Source: an uncultured virus (IMG/VR IMGVR_UViG_3300020213_000018) (taxonomy: Duplodnaviria > Heunggongvirae > Uroviricota > Caudoviricetes). From it: a DNA stretch of 61,105 nucleotides. A program made the position numbers and the translations under genes. Numbering within the stretch: the stretch's first letter is position 1; each line of letters opens with the position of its first letter. The stretch lies in IMG/VR virus record IMGVR_UViG_3300020213_000018, one strand, 5' to 3'. The notes beneath the pieces were generated by a model that made no database searches, had not been told where the DNA came from, and worked only from the letters and a program-made list of their open reading frames with translations. This document shows, piece by piece, positions 20,801-32,300 of the stretch.

Positions 20801-23053
20801 TATTTTATTACCGCTACCAACTCCGCCACCTTTATTAAATCTGTTTACTCTCATAACCATATTTAACGGAATATTATATCCCTGTGGGTCAATAATAGGT
20901 TCAGAAGGTAGATTATCTTCTTCATCATGCTCTCCTTCTTCATCTGTAATATATTCAATTTCTAACCAATCAGAAGTTTTAGTATTGTCGCTACCAAAAG
21001 CATCACGAACTCTTGCTGCATCTCCACTATTACTTATCATAATTTCATACCCACCTGAGTTTGAAACTGTGTATGTGCCATGAACAATAAATTCTTCATC
21101 GTTATCTCCAACACCACCACCTTTAGCCATATTACGGTTACAGTATTCAATCAAATCACTTGCATCAACATCTCCACCTTCTGTAATAGTAACATCAAGG
21201 ATTACACCTTCATCACCTTCGGGAGTAAAAATCCAATGGAAAACAGATGTACCTCCTGTATATGAAATCATATTACCTACTTCTAATAAGTCAGGCAATT
21301 GAGAAACTGTCGGATTTTTAATGGTTACTTTTTCACCATTTTGTTTTATTAAAACTAATGTACTGTCTTCAAAAACGTAATCTTCTTCTAACTGAAAATA
21401 ATCACCACGAGTTGCGCTGAATTGTCCCTCAAAACTATTTAAAGATGCGCTTCTGTATTTTCTTGGTTTATCTGCTCTTTTTCCTGAAACGAAAGAATCA
21501 GTAACCCATAATTTATCTTTACCGCAATGAATATACGCTCCTTGATATTGGTCAAAATATTTCGCTGTCGCATCAATACCATTTTTTCTTAGGTTATTTG
21601 CTACATCACCCGTGTACTTATATTCTTCGGGTAAATCAAATTCAATTGGTTTAAGTGATTTTACACCACCACCTCTTTTAAAATAGCCGTAATTATTATT
21701 AGCTTCAACTTCCGATACTATTTCAGCATCTTCGGGAATATCACCTAATTGTTTTAAATATTTTTCAAGACCTGAAATATCTTCAAAGTGCCTCATAAAT
21801 CCATCATCTACGGGAGATGATTGCATTTCACGTTCTTCTTCGGGTAAATCGTGGTCAGGATATTTGAACTCCCAAACGGTATTACCGTTGGTCATGTCTT
21901 CAACGTATGCGGAAATCTCACCTCTTTCTTCGTGAAACTTATAAACGAACTTGTTTGTTATATTTTTTTTTTCGTTATAATCTTCGTCGGTATCATCAAC
22001 CCAACCGCCTGTGGCGTGTTTTAATGACTTAAAATGAGTGTTCCAATAAGAGAAAAACCTTTCGATTTCTTCTTTGTTATTTTCTGCTATCGCCTTTTCC
22101 AACTTCACTAAATCGTCTTTTAGTAAATGATACATTATATTACTACCTTTTTTTGGCTCTAATGACTTCAAATAAATATTCCAATACGAATAGCTTCCGA
22201 AAAATTTGTCTATTTCTTCTTTGTTATTTTCTTCTATTGCTTTTTCTAAATTTATAAAATCATCTTTTATAAAATTATACAATCTTATATTTTTTTTTTC
22301 GTTATAATCTTCGTCGGTATCATCAACCCCACCGCCTATTGAGAATTTTCGAGTATTTTCCAAATCATTGTAAACTTCCATTCTCAACGAATTATCGGTA
22401 ACATACTCATACAAACTTTCTGCTTCATTGTCAGTAACTTCTTTTTGTGCTTCTTCAATAGAAATACCGTAATGAGTAGCAATATTTTTTAGTATCCGTT
22501 CTCTTTTAGATTCTGACAAACCCTCTAAATAACTTTTGTTACCAATTAAACCGCCTGTGGCGTAAATCTGTGAACCAACCCCACCACCGTCTTCAAACTT
22601 TTTAGTTTTCATGTCAGCAAGTGTGTCTTGTAATAATTCTAAATATTCTTTTGTTTCAGTATCTTTTGGATTTTCTTTTACGGTATCTTCAATCAATTCA
22701 ATTAATTCTGACATTGATTGTATTTCTTCCTGATGTTTTTGTTTTTCTTCTTTATTCGAGCTTTTTTTAATTGGCATCGGTTTAAGTTTTTTAACTTCAA
22801 CAATAGGTTCAGGTTTAATAATTTTTTTCGGTTCAGGTTTTTTGATGTCTGCTTTTGGAATTGGAATAATACCCAACGCTTGTGGGTAGTTTTCTTCAAT
22901 CAATTTTTTAACTTCCTCAAATTCAGGACTACCTTCTAATAAATCCACATTATCATAAGCTAATAAATCGCTCCTAATTAAAGTTGCTGTATTAGCATCA
23001 AGTTTACTTAGGTCTAATTTTTTTAGAAATTCAGAAGGTTTTATATTGCTCAT
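17891..23053 (-). CDS. 1720-aa modular protein made of short modules separated by ~17 PhixxGG motifs
   Basis: FEDGG, YATGG, FSIGG, HATGG, FKRGG, MAKGG x2, FNKGG, MADGG, YAKGG x3, FAFGG, FTKGG, FDTGG, MVDGG, FKKGG; internal duplications. Confidence 0.85.
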   Translation of the reverse strand: MSNIKPSEFLKKLDLSKLDANTATLIRSDLLAYDNVDLLEGSPEFEEVKKLIEENYPQALGIIPIPKADIKKPEPKKIIKPEPIVEVKKLKPMPIKKSSNKEEKQKHQEEIQSMSELIELIEDTVKENPKDTETKEYLELLQDTLADMKTKKFEDGGGVGSQIYATGGLIGNKSYLEGLSESKRERILKNIATHYGISIEEAQKEVTDNEAESLYEYVTDNSLRMEVYNDLENTRKFSIGGGVDDTDEDYNEKKNIRLYNFIKDDFINLEKAIEENNKEEIDKFFGSYSYWNIYLKSLEPKKGSNIMYHLLKDDLVKLEKAIAENNKEEIERFFSYWNTHFKSLKHATGGWVDDTDEDYNEKKNITNKFVYKFHEERGEISAYVEDMTNGNTVWEFKYPDHDLPEEEREMQSSPVDDGFMRHFEDISGLEKYLKQLGDIPEDAEIVSEVEANNNYGYFKRGGGVKSLKPIEFDLPEEYKYTGDVANNLRKNGIDATAKYFDQYQGAYIHCGKDKLWVTDSFVSGKRADKPRKYRSASLNSFEGQFSATRGDYFQLEEDYVFEDSTLVLIKQNGEKVTIKNPTVSQLPDLLEVGNMISYTGGTSVFHWIFTPEGDEGVILDVTITEGGDVDASDLIEYCNRNMAKGGGVGDNDEEFIVHGTYTVSNSGGYEIMISNSGDAARVRDAFGSDNTKTSDWLEIEYITDEEGEHDEEDNLPSEPIIDPQGYNIPLNMVMRVNRFNKGGGVGSGNKINCEINAMRNIVYFIYNFPYNFIESVWGDSNMVKAHLNSKFDGFARSKKIKKSSAVALLYFITDLDAGNQKKLFTWVANNYQSFSTPLGGSFGDNDMPCKINAMRNMIYFMFNYPQGFVEKAFDNDKHLSDTFSRIYNNSGSSEAVLKFSTDLSVGNQTKLFTWIAENYKSSSTPLMADGGDLKNKDRVEIVLKHYIIAALWSSTDDEDQSFDSNYSYDEFDKDNLEKIRQRIIKFMIDNDADLKASGLNDEQIGHDLWLTQVGHGAGFWDREGIDKELGDRLSSASKQLGESAYVFAQDGKVYIDGGDYAKGGGIGSIFSSDTDTWFDGLAELSEKIKGENDIEKLLAITNKQATKLNLEKLKAELKKSKSINAELKKKIVSHLDKVLKSSYKKEFRFAFGGNRKDISKVSAGSNFFSMFNQAATYGQFTKGGRINTNWVGNKSKENWGKHNLSTMYSNNLDFVADISDYYKDLAKDIDKKYSDEMKRDLIQVLQTGKVTGNDKSTLTFDTGGDVNKITPEQDKLLNGLAEDFKPEVIRIERKPKTTKNHYGDYLALLSAISQGSKKMAQIYSIALKRAGADIQGVNSALEVMHGQMAKGGGVGEENFLMIKRYNKQISHHSKELDSAVKNNSEIPAWIVSKITRSATDLSDATHFMEGKDSKYAKGGGVDVTEIEFLNKYFGSNVFSEEITNAFEIKSKSISDDTKAKKYINELKKEGFTVKKKSYSDFTSIMGVKKKYAKGGGIDESKPEVYKYLTLQKVKDGLKLSIDDEGIELVTELKTDSKADDSNIWFELFEDVHGNSEYIFHNDIGDSGFGLTNAEGITDGYYYEGEEGEMYKTDYPESAKVYWFPNYMVESALDTMMEHGSVTFTEADKMVDGGSVGEGKKGYVAFYKGKQMDVYADTSYEAQKKAAVAFKAKKSYEVTVVLAEKDGEQVTHVADFKKGGGISEKFETFDLGKRASFKRKK
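21958..22337. repeat. 53-nt direct repeat with 1 mismatch, 327 nt apart
   Basis: 21958-22010 vs 22285-22337, encoding GG(W/G)VDDTDEDYNEKKNI. Confidence 0.9.
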
Positions 23054-23098
23054 TTTATGTAGGTAATGTCTAATTAAATATTAATTTAATCACTCTGA

Positions 23099-23119
23099 CA
23101 AAAATAACTAAATAAACAA
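23099..23119 (-). promoter_or_regulatory. putative Bacteroidota-type -7 promoter box
   Basis: TATTTTTG (TAnnTTTG) 46 nt upstream of the 1720-aa ORF; flanking CAAAAATAACTA..TAAACAA also present at 54118. Confidence 0.5.
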
Positions 23120-23275
23120 ACCAATTACTATACGCATAATAAGTAATCGGACATAACATGACAATAAAAACTTTTTTATGGTCGTTTAATAAAATAAAAT
23201 AAACAACGTAGAAACATCAGTAAACACAAGGCTTTAAGGTATGTTTTTTGATTAAAACACTACCGTATCCTGACA

Positions 23276-23299
23276 AACATATACGCAGATTTGCGTAAA
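23276..23299. promoter_or_regulatory. palindromic operator-like site TACGCA-N4-TGCGTA
   Basis: AACATATACGCAGATTTGCGTAAA, 22/24 identical to 54193-54216. Confidence 0.65.
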
Positions 23300-23375
23300 G
23301 TATAGGTTATAATAAACTTTCAGAAAAGTTATTTTTTTTTCAACACTAAAAACATTCTTTATGTTAATAAAAAAA

Positions 23376-26363
23376 CTACTTGAAACTAAATAATGATTCT
23401 ACTAATTTATTTGAATCCAATTTTAACCCATTTAATTCTCCACCATCTTCCATAGTTTCTTTTTTACGAAGTAACTCGATTAATTTTTTTAGTTTATTGA
23501 TACCGATTTCTCTCTCTTTAGATTCTTCTTCAATAATATTTTTAGTTTCTTCATCAACAACTAAAGTTTGTTTTTCAGAATCATCTCCGCTATCTTCACT
23601 AAGTTCAACGTATTCATCAACACGAGTATCCCTGAATGACGTAAATGATTTTATGTTAAGTTCAGTCTTAATAACTTCAAACAAATAATCATACAAAATA
23701 TAAAATATTTTACGCTCAATACCGTATGGATAAACCCCTTCTTTTCTATCGAAATAAACTCCACTAACTAAATAATTGTTACTTCTGTTATTATCCGCCA
23801 TCTTATCGTACAGGTATGTTTCCATACCTCTCGTAAATAATTCCCAATCAAATGTCCAATATTCAGAGCGCATAGCATTATTTTTTTTAAAAAATGCAGT
23901 TCCGCTTCTTTGACCAAAAACATTACCTCTCGAACTATATGGTTTATTAGATAATTGAAATTCATGTTTATCTAATTTCAATTGATTTAATATTGCACCT
24001 AAAGTATCTTCAACATTAGATTTATTTGATAAATAAAAATCATAGTTTAAATATTTCGGTAAATATTCATTCAAATATTTTATGTATTCTTCAATTGTAT
24101 CAAACTTTTCAAACGTAGGAATTTTATTGTTTTTTTCAAATTTAATTGTAACAGTTGATGACATTACAGATTCCACAAACTCATTAAGCAACGGTAGCAA
24201 CTGTACCATTACGGGATGTTCTTTACTTATTTTTGTATCATCAAATTTATTATCATTAGTTACGAAGCATCCTTGCTTAATGAAGCTCATTAATGAAGTC
24301 ATAGCAGCACTTATTGATTCGTTACCTATATTATTTGCACCGCCTTTTGTATAAGAACCATATACCGCATGATTTTTTTCACTCTTATTATCCTTCGGTG
24401 ATAATCTACTGATATTGAAATCCAAGTAATGACCTAATTCGTGTGCGACACTACCATCACCATTACTTCTCGTTAAATTAACAGCATTTGTATCGGGGGA
24501 AAAATGTGCCATTGCTTTACCACGACCTGATGCTGCAAACAAAATACCTAAATCACCAAGACCTGTAAATGATTTAACGTCCCAATTTAATGTTTCACAT
24601 AAATCTATTACTGATTGTGCAAAATATTTAGCGTTTTCTTTACGCTCATTGTCGGGTAAAGTTAAACCAAATGTAATACGTGTGATTCCCAAAATATTTT
24701 TATAGAACTGTAATAATTTATCTTGGTCGGATAGGTCGCTATCATAAACAGCAACTCCGTTTGTACGCTTAATATAAGACAAAGGGACACTGCTATTTAC
24801 GATTAATTCAGTACGTTCACCTTTTTTACGTTCCTTTTCTTCCTTATCTAAAAAAGAATAATTGTTTTCACGAACAAAATATTTTTTATTTAGTTCATCT
24901 AATTCGTTTTTGTATCCTTCAATTTTCTTTTGATAACCACTATTAGGGTCATCTACGATACTTTTCATTAAACGAATAGCATCATCAATATCGTTACGTT
25001 TTACCATCGTAGCGAAATTCCTTTTTCGATTTGAAGTCCAATACCAAGAACTCATACCATTCGCTAATCCATAATCAACTTTTTCACGATATGTTTTTTC
25101 AGGGTCGCTCAAAAAATTAATATCGTTTGTGTACTTAACGATATTATCTTCTAAAGGCTTCATTTGTGATTCATAAATATTATCGTATTCTTCTTGTGTG
25201 AAAGGCTCGTATCGTTTCGCATCTTCATAAACTTTGTAGGTTGATGATTTTGTTTTACCTGAGTAAAAAACTTTATTAATAAACATATAAAATTTATCAC
25301 CAAACACGGACTTAATTAATTCCTTCCTAACCGCACCTGAATAATTCCTTATATAATCTTTATCAGATTGTTCATAAACACCCGAAGTAATATCTTTTTC
25401 AGTTAAGACACTAATTCTTTTATCACCCTCAACTACATAAAGTTTATGTAGAAATTTATATTCAAGTGGTAATATTTTATTGTTACTAAATTGTACTGCT
25501 ACATTTTTTAATGTGTTCCAATAATCATATTCTTTGTATAGTTCGGGAAAAGATAATTTCTTTTTATCAAAATCCCAATGCATTATATTAACTTTATTTG
25601 CTAATTCATTAATTTTCTCATCAATTTTATCAGCCTTATCCCTATACTCTTGTTCACGTTCAACTTGTTCCTGATATTCTTTATTCTGTAAAATCAATTC
25701 GTTTTCCATTTCAGGATTAGCAATTAAAATTGATTTACGGATAATACCATTAATAAATAATCTACGTGTTTCTTCAAAATCTTTTAATGTGATTGCTTCG
25801 TTAAATATTTGATATAACCATTCACTTAACCCAACGTACAATGCACGGAACTCTGCGGTGTCGGGAGGTGTATTGCCGAGAAATTCACGAAGTTTCATTT
25901 TTAAAAATAAACATCCACCCGAAACACCTTTATCAATTTGTTCGTTGGTATTTATTTTAGGATAAACTTTATCCTTTTTAATTAATGCTCTTGCAATGAC
26001 GGCATCCTTCTCAATGTTTTCTAAATCAGAAAAGTTAATTAGCCCTTTGTATGCGTTCATTTCTTTCCTACTTCCCGAAACACGAACATCACTATCTTTA
26101 AAATTTTTATTAATATCTCTATTACGAAGAACCAAATCCACGTTTCTATCAACACTTGAATAAACAAATTCAATATCATCTTCGGGAACATCAGTTATTT
26201 GATGACCCGCAGATTTTACATTATAGAAAAACTTATCGTTACGTTCAAACGCTTTTTCATTTTCAATACGACCTTCATCACCAACAGTATAAATTACATT
26301 ATCATCTTTGGTAACGGTTGTCACGAACTTAACAGCATCGTCTATTTTGAATTTTTGTTCCAC
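23376..26363 (-). CDS. polyvalent protein with LPD1-like region and HExxH zincin motif
   Basis: GRGKAMAHF...GDGSVAHELGHYLD; YW...ELFTRGMETY...NNYLV...YPYGIER; terminal MEDGGEL. Confidence 0.75.
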   Translation of the reverse strand: MEQKFKIDDAVKFVTTVTKDDNVIYTVGDEGRIENEKAFERNDKFFYNVKSAGHQITDVPEDDIEFVYSSVDRNVDLVLRNRDINKNFKDSDVRVSGSRKEMNAYKGLINFSDLENIEKDAVIARALIKKDKVYPKINTNEQIDKGVSGGCLFLKMKLREFLGNTPPDTAEFRALYVGLSEWLYQIFNEAITLKDFEETRRLFINGIIRKSILIANPEMENELILQNKEYQEQVEREQEYRDKADKIDEKINELANKVNIMHWDFDKKKLSFPELYKEYDYWNTLKNVAVQFSNNKILPLEYKFLHKLYVVEGDKRISVLTEKDITSGVYEQSDKDYIRNYSGAVRKELIKSVFGDKFYMFINKVFYSGKTKSSTYKVYEDAKRYEPFTQEEYDNIYESQMKPLEDNIVKYTNDINFLSDPEKTYREKVDYGLANGMSSWYWTSNRKRNFATMVKRNDIDDAIRLMKSIVDDPNSGYQKKIEGYKNELDELNKKYFVRENNYSFLDKEEKERKKGERTELIVNSSVPLSYIKRTNGVAVYDSDLSDQDKLLQFYKNILGITRITFGLTLPDNERKENAKYFAQSVIDLCETLNWDVKSFTGLGDLGILFAASGRGKAMAHFSPDTNAVNLTRSNGDGSVAHELGHYLDFNISRLSPKDNKSEKNHAVYGSYTKGGANNIGNESISAAMTSLMSFIKQGCFVTNDNKFDDTKISKEHPVMVQLLPLLNEFVESVMSSTVTIKFEKNNKIPTFEKFDTIEEYIKYLNEYLPKYLNYDFYLSNKSNVEDTLGAILNQLKLDKHEFQLSNKPYSSRGNVFGQRSGTAFFKKNNAMRSEYWTFDWELFTRGMETYLYDKMADNNRSNNYLVSGVYFDRKEGVYPYGIERKIFYILYDYLFEVIKTELNIKSFTSFRDTRVDEYVELSEDSGDDSEKQTLVVDEETKNIIEEESKEREIGINKLKKLIELLRKKETMEDGGELNGLKLDSNKLVESLFSFK

Positions 26364-26387
26364 GTTAGTTTTATTTTTTTAGTTTAA

Positions 26388-29300
26388 TTAACCGAAATAT
26401 TCGTCAACAGGATAAATCTGAAACAACGGTTTGCTTAAATCAGGTATATCGCCTTCAAAAACGAATAAACGATTTACATCATCATTAACAAATTCAACAA
26501 ACGCTCCACCGATACCTTCTGAATATAACCTATCAGTAATATCATTTTTTTCAGTCAAAAACTTAGGAGCATGAGTTTTGTAAATCTCATTTAAGTCCTG
26601 CGAATTAGTTACTAATTGAAATGAATCATCATGTTCGGTATCAGAAATTTTATTTATTTCTTTTGAAACACCTCCACCATCTTCTTTTTTTGTAATATTA
26701 TTCTTCTCCCACTCTTTTTTTGCTTGAAGTAAAATTTCATTCAAAGCATCTAATGAATATGGTTTGTCGCCATCACGATTCAAAATATTTACCGCATAAA
26801 ATCTCACGGAATCAATATCCTTGTATTTAGAATAACCCGTTACATTACCGATTGTACCTGATGAAATATGTTCTGATAAGGCATACTTTAATCCATTTTT
26901 ATCAACCGAATTACTACTTTCTTTCTTTCTAAGTTGGTAAGCACCTGAACTAACAAGATAATCGAACTGATTTTTAACTAACGAGTTAACACTATCATTT
27001 TCAAACTCTGTTCCTGTTTTATTAAAATACTTCCAACTAACTAATCCATTATCAACGGAAGTTATTTGACCTTTCTTATCATATCTCGTATCGTAAAATT
27101 CATCCCCTGCAATAACTTCACCAATACCTCCACCATCTTTAAGTTTATAATATTCATCACTTGAAACAAAAGAATTTTTCTGTAACCATTCAACTAATAA
27201 ATTAGTTTTGTCTTTTTTACCTGCAATAAACAACGTGTTTTTGTGCGGATTAAATTTACCTAATACTTTACCACCACCATCGGCATTGTAAATTTCCCAA
27301 ACATAACCACTCCAACGACCCGAAAATCCACCTGACTGAATTAATTTATTATAATCACCTTCTGTAAAACGTCTATCAGAATCAATACTTCCACCGTCTT
27401 CCATTTGTTCAGTTGATTTCGCTGCATCTTCGGCTTCACGTTTACGTTTACGAATATCGTCATTCATCATTCGGCTCATCTTGTAAATACGACGTAACGC
27501 TTCTAATTCAGCAACACGTTTTTTCAATTCATAATTATCTTTCTCCAACTCATCCATTTTATTTAGTTCTTTTTCAGAGATTGGAGTGAATTTTTTAGAA
27601 CGTTCATATTCTTCAAGCAAAGCATTATGTTTTTTTATTAGTTCCTCTGTACCGTCAGTAGTTCCATGTTCTTTTTCTTCAATATCAAATTGAGATTTTA
27701 AACCCTCAAAAACGGTTTGTGTTACTGAGGCGTTCATCTTGTATTTATCCCACAAAATGTTCAATAATTTTTTTATTGCAACACTTTCAAATTGATTTTG
27801 CCAATGACCTGATTTCTTTTCAAACTCAGTATTAAACGCAATATTATTTATGTCGTTGTCATTCTTAATATCAATGTATGGATTATTTTTTGTAGATAAA
27901 ATCAAATAAATAAACTCTCCACGACTTTGAAACGTAACATATTCGCCAACCAACTGCATTGTTTGTCCATCACGCATACCCATAATATAACTTATTAGTC
28001 TGTTTATAGGAACTTGCACACGAACATCAGATACATCAAAATTATCGGGTAATAAAATACCTTTCTTAATCGTTCCCTTGTCGGTAGTGTAAGAAATTAA
28101 TTTACCACCAATACGGTAATCAGGATTACCATAACCTTTCAATATATTACCTGTAACAATATAACGTGTTACACGGTTAGACTGACTTTCTTTAGTCAAT
28201 TTATCCCAATTGTCAATGAAGGCATCCGCTTCACGCTCATTTGAATCTCTGATTTCATATTTACTATTTGTGGCAGCTTTAATAACCGATACGAATGAAT
28301 CACTTAAAGGAAATTTAAGCATACGCATACCGTTTGGTAAACAAAGTTTCAAGGTCATTCCACTTGGAGCAAATGGATTTCCTGCTTTAAAGTTCACATC
28401 AATACCCAAGCAAACACATTCTACAACTTGTCCTGACACTTCGTAATTTGCCAAAGGATAAGCTATTAAACGTTTTGGATAAAAGAATTTTAAATGACCT
28501 TCAACTAATTGTCGGATATATTTGTAAGAAATTTTATTTCCCTCAATATGCTTCTCAAACTCCTCAGTTATTTTTTTAGTTTTTTCATCAACAATCGTTT
28601 TACGTTCATCTTTTTTTAACTTATCTAAAGATGGGGCTTCGGAAGCAGATGTAATATCTTCCTGCATACGTTTAGTTATATATTCTAATTCACTTTTTTC
28701 ATTTGTTTCAATGTAGTCGTACAGTTTTTGAAGTATGTAACCTGTTTTTTCGTCAGAAGTAAATTTCTTAACACGACCTTCATTATCAGTCAAGGTTAAA
28801 CTTTGGTCAACCATATTTACTACCTCACTTTGTTTGTAAGGTTTACGTAAATTATTTACCTCACATTTTTCTAAAAACACAGCCTCAGAAAACACAGATG
28901 ATTTATTTGGATTACCAACTGTTACGGGGTCTTTATCAATAGTCTTGGCATCTAAAGACATATTCTCAACTTCTAAATTCCACTCACCACTTGATTTTAA
29001 TTGTTGTTCTAAGTGTTGGTATGTTTCAGAAACTGTTTTGTAAAAATCAGATTGCATTTCCACAGGTAAAATAGCTATACGACCACTCACTTTATGTGCT
29101 TTATCGGTGATTTTTTTTGTACTTTCTGTCGGCAAACCTAAATCAAATTTTAAAATATTTCCCGTAAGTTCATTTACAATAGGATTTGATTTTAAATATT
29201 CAACAACTTTCTCGTCACCGTAAACATTCAAGAAGTCAACTACATCTAATAATTTTTTAGATTGTTTTTGGTTTGAAGTTGTATTTGCATCCAATGATTT

Positions 29301-32300
29301 TAATTTCTTTTGCAACATCATCATTAAACGTTCTTCGGCAGGAATAGAAGAAATTACATAATCATAAATAGGTTTGAACACCTGACCTGTACGGTTTGTG
29401 CGACCACGTTTTTGAACCTCAGTATTAACGTCAAGTTCGGCTTGTAAAATAATCATTACACGTTGCTTAACTTCATTTTTAGGCTCTAATGACTTAGGAA
29501 TAATTGGTGTACCGTCATCATTATAATTTATAATATACGCCTTTTTAGATTTAATAGCTTGTGCCGACGCTCCCGTAGAACCCGATTGATTAATTAATAA
29601 ACAATCTAAATCGTTATTGTTAAACTTACGAAATAAGTCATTCGTTGTTTCTATCCTACGACTTTTTACTATACCATATTTACCATCAGGTAAAAACTCA
29701 ACATATTTTTTACGACCTGTTACTTCACCAACTGTAAATCCCGCAGCTTTAATACGGTCAAGTATTTTGTCCAACGGAGAAATACTAATACCTGTTGAAG
29801 CCTTATTAATGTCATTTAAAATAGAGTTGTATTCCTCACCCATGATAGGATAATCGTCAGGATTCAATGCTTCTTTTGTTGTTTCACCTTCCGCATTAGT
29901 GATAGTATATTGTAATACTTTTTCTAAGCGACGTTTCAAAATTATACTGAAATCAGTTTTAATTTTATCTTCATTTTCCTTGATTAAATAATCTAAGAAT
30001 GATTCAAGAGTATTACCGAAACCAATAATAACTTTTTTACCTTCTTTCATTCTTGTTATTGCAAAGTCCGCCACAGCATCAGCTTTAATAGAAAATAACA
30101 ACTGATTAATTAAATTAAAAATTCCGCTAAATGGAGGTGTGTTATTTATTCCCGCTTCTTTTACTCCTTCTTCCTGAACCAATTTTCTTTGTTCTATTCT
30201 TAAATCTTTATCTATTTTTTCAAGGATTGTATTAACGTGTTCTTTTTGGAAATCAATTATACGACGAACAATTGCAGTTACTTTATCGCATACAGCTTCA
30301 TGCGATTCTTTTAAATTAAATGAAGGCAATGGCACATCACGGTCAAGCATACGTTCATCCAAATAATTATAGTTAACTATAACACCTTCATAAGAGCGTT
30401 CACGTCTTAGCATTTGTCCCTCAGAAACTAATTCAGATGATAAAATTTCCTGTAACGCTACACCACCTTTAAGTATAGCGGAAACCAAAGTATCATTATT
30501 CATTTCAGCATCCTGAATTGCCGTTTTCATTGCGTAAATAGGCATATTGTCAGGGCGTTTCGCAAACGTTGCAGATAAGAAACATACACCCGAAGTTTGT
30601 TTAATAAAATTTTGTAAGAACGCACCTGTTTGTGATGAACCTGATGCGTTATGGCTCTCGTCCATGATAACAATTGAATCGTTACCAACTGAATTTAACC
30701 ATTGAATTTTATTAATAGCTTTAGATGGTGAATTTACTTGCGAATAAGTCAACAATACAACATCGTAACCTTTAGGTAAATCACGGCTCTCAAAAATTTT
30801 CTTTAGTTTAAAGTCAGGCTTCGTATTTGAAATACCCTCATAAAGAATATCTCCATTTTCATCTTTAATATGTGTCTTATCTTTCTTACCATTTACAATA
30901 AATGGAACTAAACGTGTTGATTTCTTTGTTTGTTTAGCGTAATCTTCATTACGGATATATTGTACTTTTTTTACAACAGTTGAATTAAAATATAAATCAC
31001 GGTATTCTTCCACACACTCGTCAGTTTCTTTTTTGTAACCCTTTGTGAATAATTTATCTTCGTCATAATCTAATTCAAAATCTCCATCCTCAATATCGTC
31101 AATTATTTTTTCCTTAATAGATGTAATGGTAGCTTCTTTAACAACGTCAATTTCTTTACCCGCATAAGACAACGGTATTCCATCGTCTGAACCAATTGAA
31201 ATTAAATCACGATAGATGTCAGAAAATAAGTTTGTTTTAGCTGTAAAGAAAATAGGTGTCTTACCAATTTTTTTAGCATAACGAATTATACCTGCTGCAA
31301 CTCTACCTTTCCCAACTCCGACCATATCACCAACGATTAACGCTTGTCCTTTTTCAATTTGATAAATTGCGTTTGCGATTGCATCAACTTGTTCGGCAGA
31401 GAAAGCACGGCACATAGCCATCATATCAGAGTAACCTAATTTAACTCTCACGTAGTCATCAATACCACGAACCTCACGGTCAATTTCAGTTAACGAGCGG
31501 TTCATATCGTACAGCATTGATACGGGTGCTACCGTATCAATAGTTTCGCAAACCAATGATTTTGGTACGTATTCCTGTGTTGATATATCGGCATTTTGGA
31601 TTGACGGTTCAGACAAAGGATTACTTTTATCAACGGTCATATCTTCTGTATTGATTAAACCACCGTCATCCATTTTTTGAGTTTTCATATCGTTTTTATT
31701 TTTAGTATTTTCAGTTGTATTGAATACAACTATATAATTGTTTCTGTAATTTTCAGGGAATTGCATGAACTCAATTTTTTGACGAACATCAATTGAGTTT
31801 TCATGTTCATTATAAAGAACTAAATAATCATTTTCTGTTGATTCTTTATTTTTTTTAGCCTCTAAAATTGATTTATTTACGTCTTTTTGTGTCAAATCCC
31901 CATAAATATTAACCGTATCGTTATTAATATCACTAACACCGCCACCTGTTTCCATATTACTTTTAATTTTGTTTATGCGTTCTAAAATATCCTCTACTTC
32001 TTTAATTCTTTCTTTAGTGTTATTAATTACAGATTGATATTCTTTTTTCTCCCAAACTTCATCTGTTAATCTTATTTTTTCTTCTGAATAATCAATCTGA
32101 CCTTTTAATGATTCAATTTCTTTTTTATACTCACGCATAGTCAAGCCATCAGCATCAGTAGTTTCCATAAATTCGCCACCACTATTAAATAATTGTTTAG
32201 CTACTCCTTCTCTGTATGTATAATATGCTTTCGTGCTATTGAAAGTTCCTTTCGTGAAATAAACATTTGACCAATCGTTATGGTTTTTTTTTGCCCATTC

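Noticed and set aside
23210..23245. AAACATCAGTAAACACAAGGCTTT as an att/dif-like site
   Set aside because: Single copy, no clear dyad symmetry, no recombinase in the window
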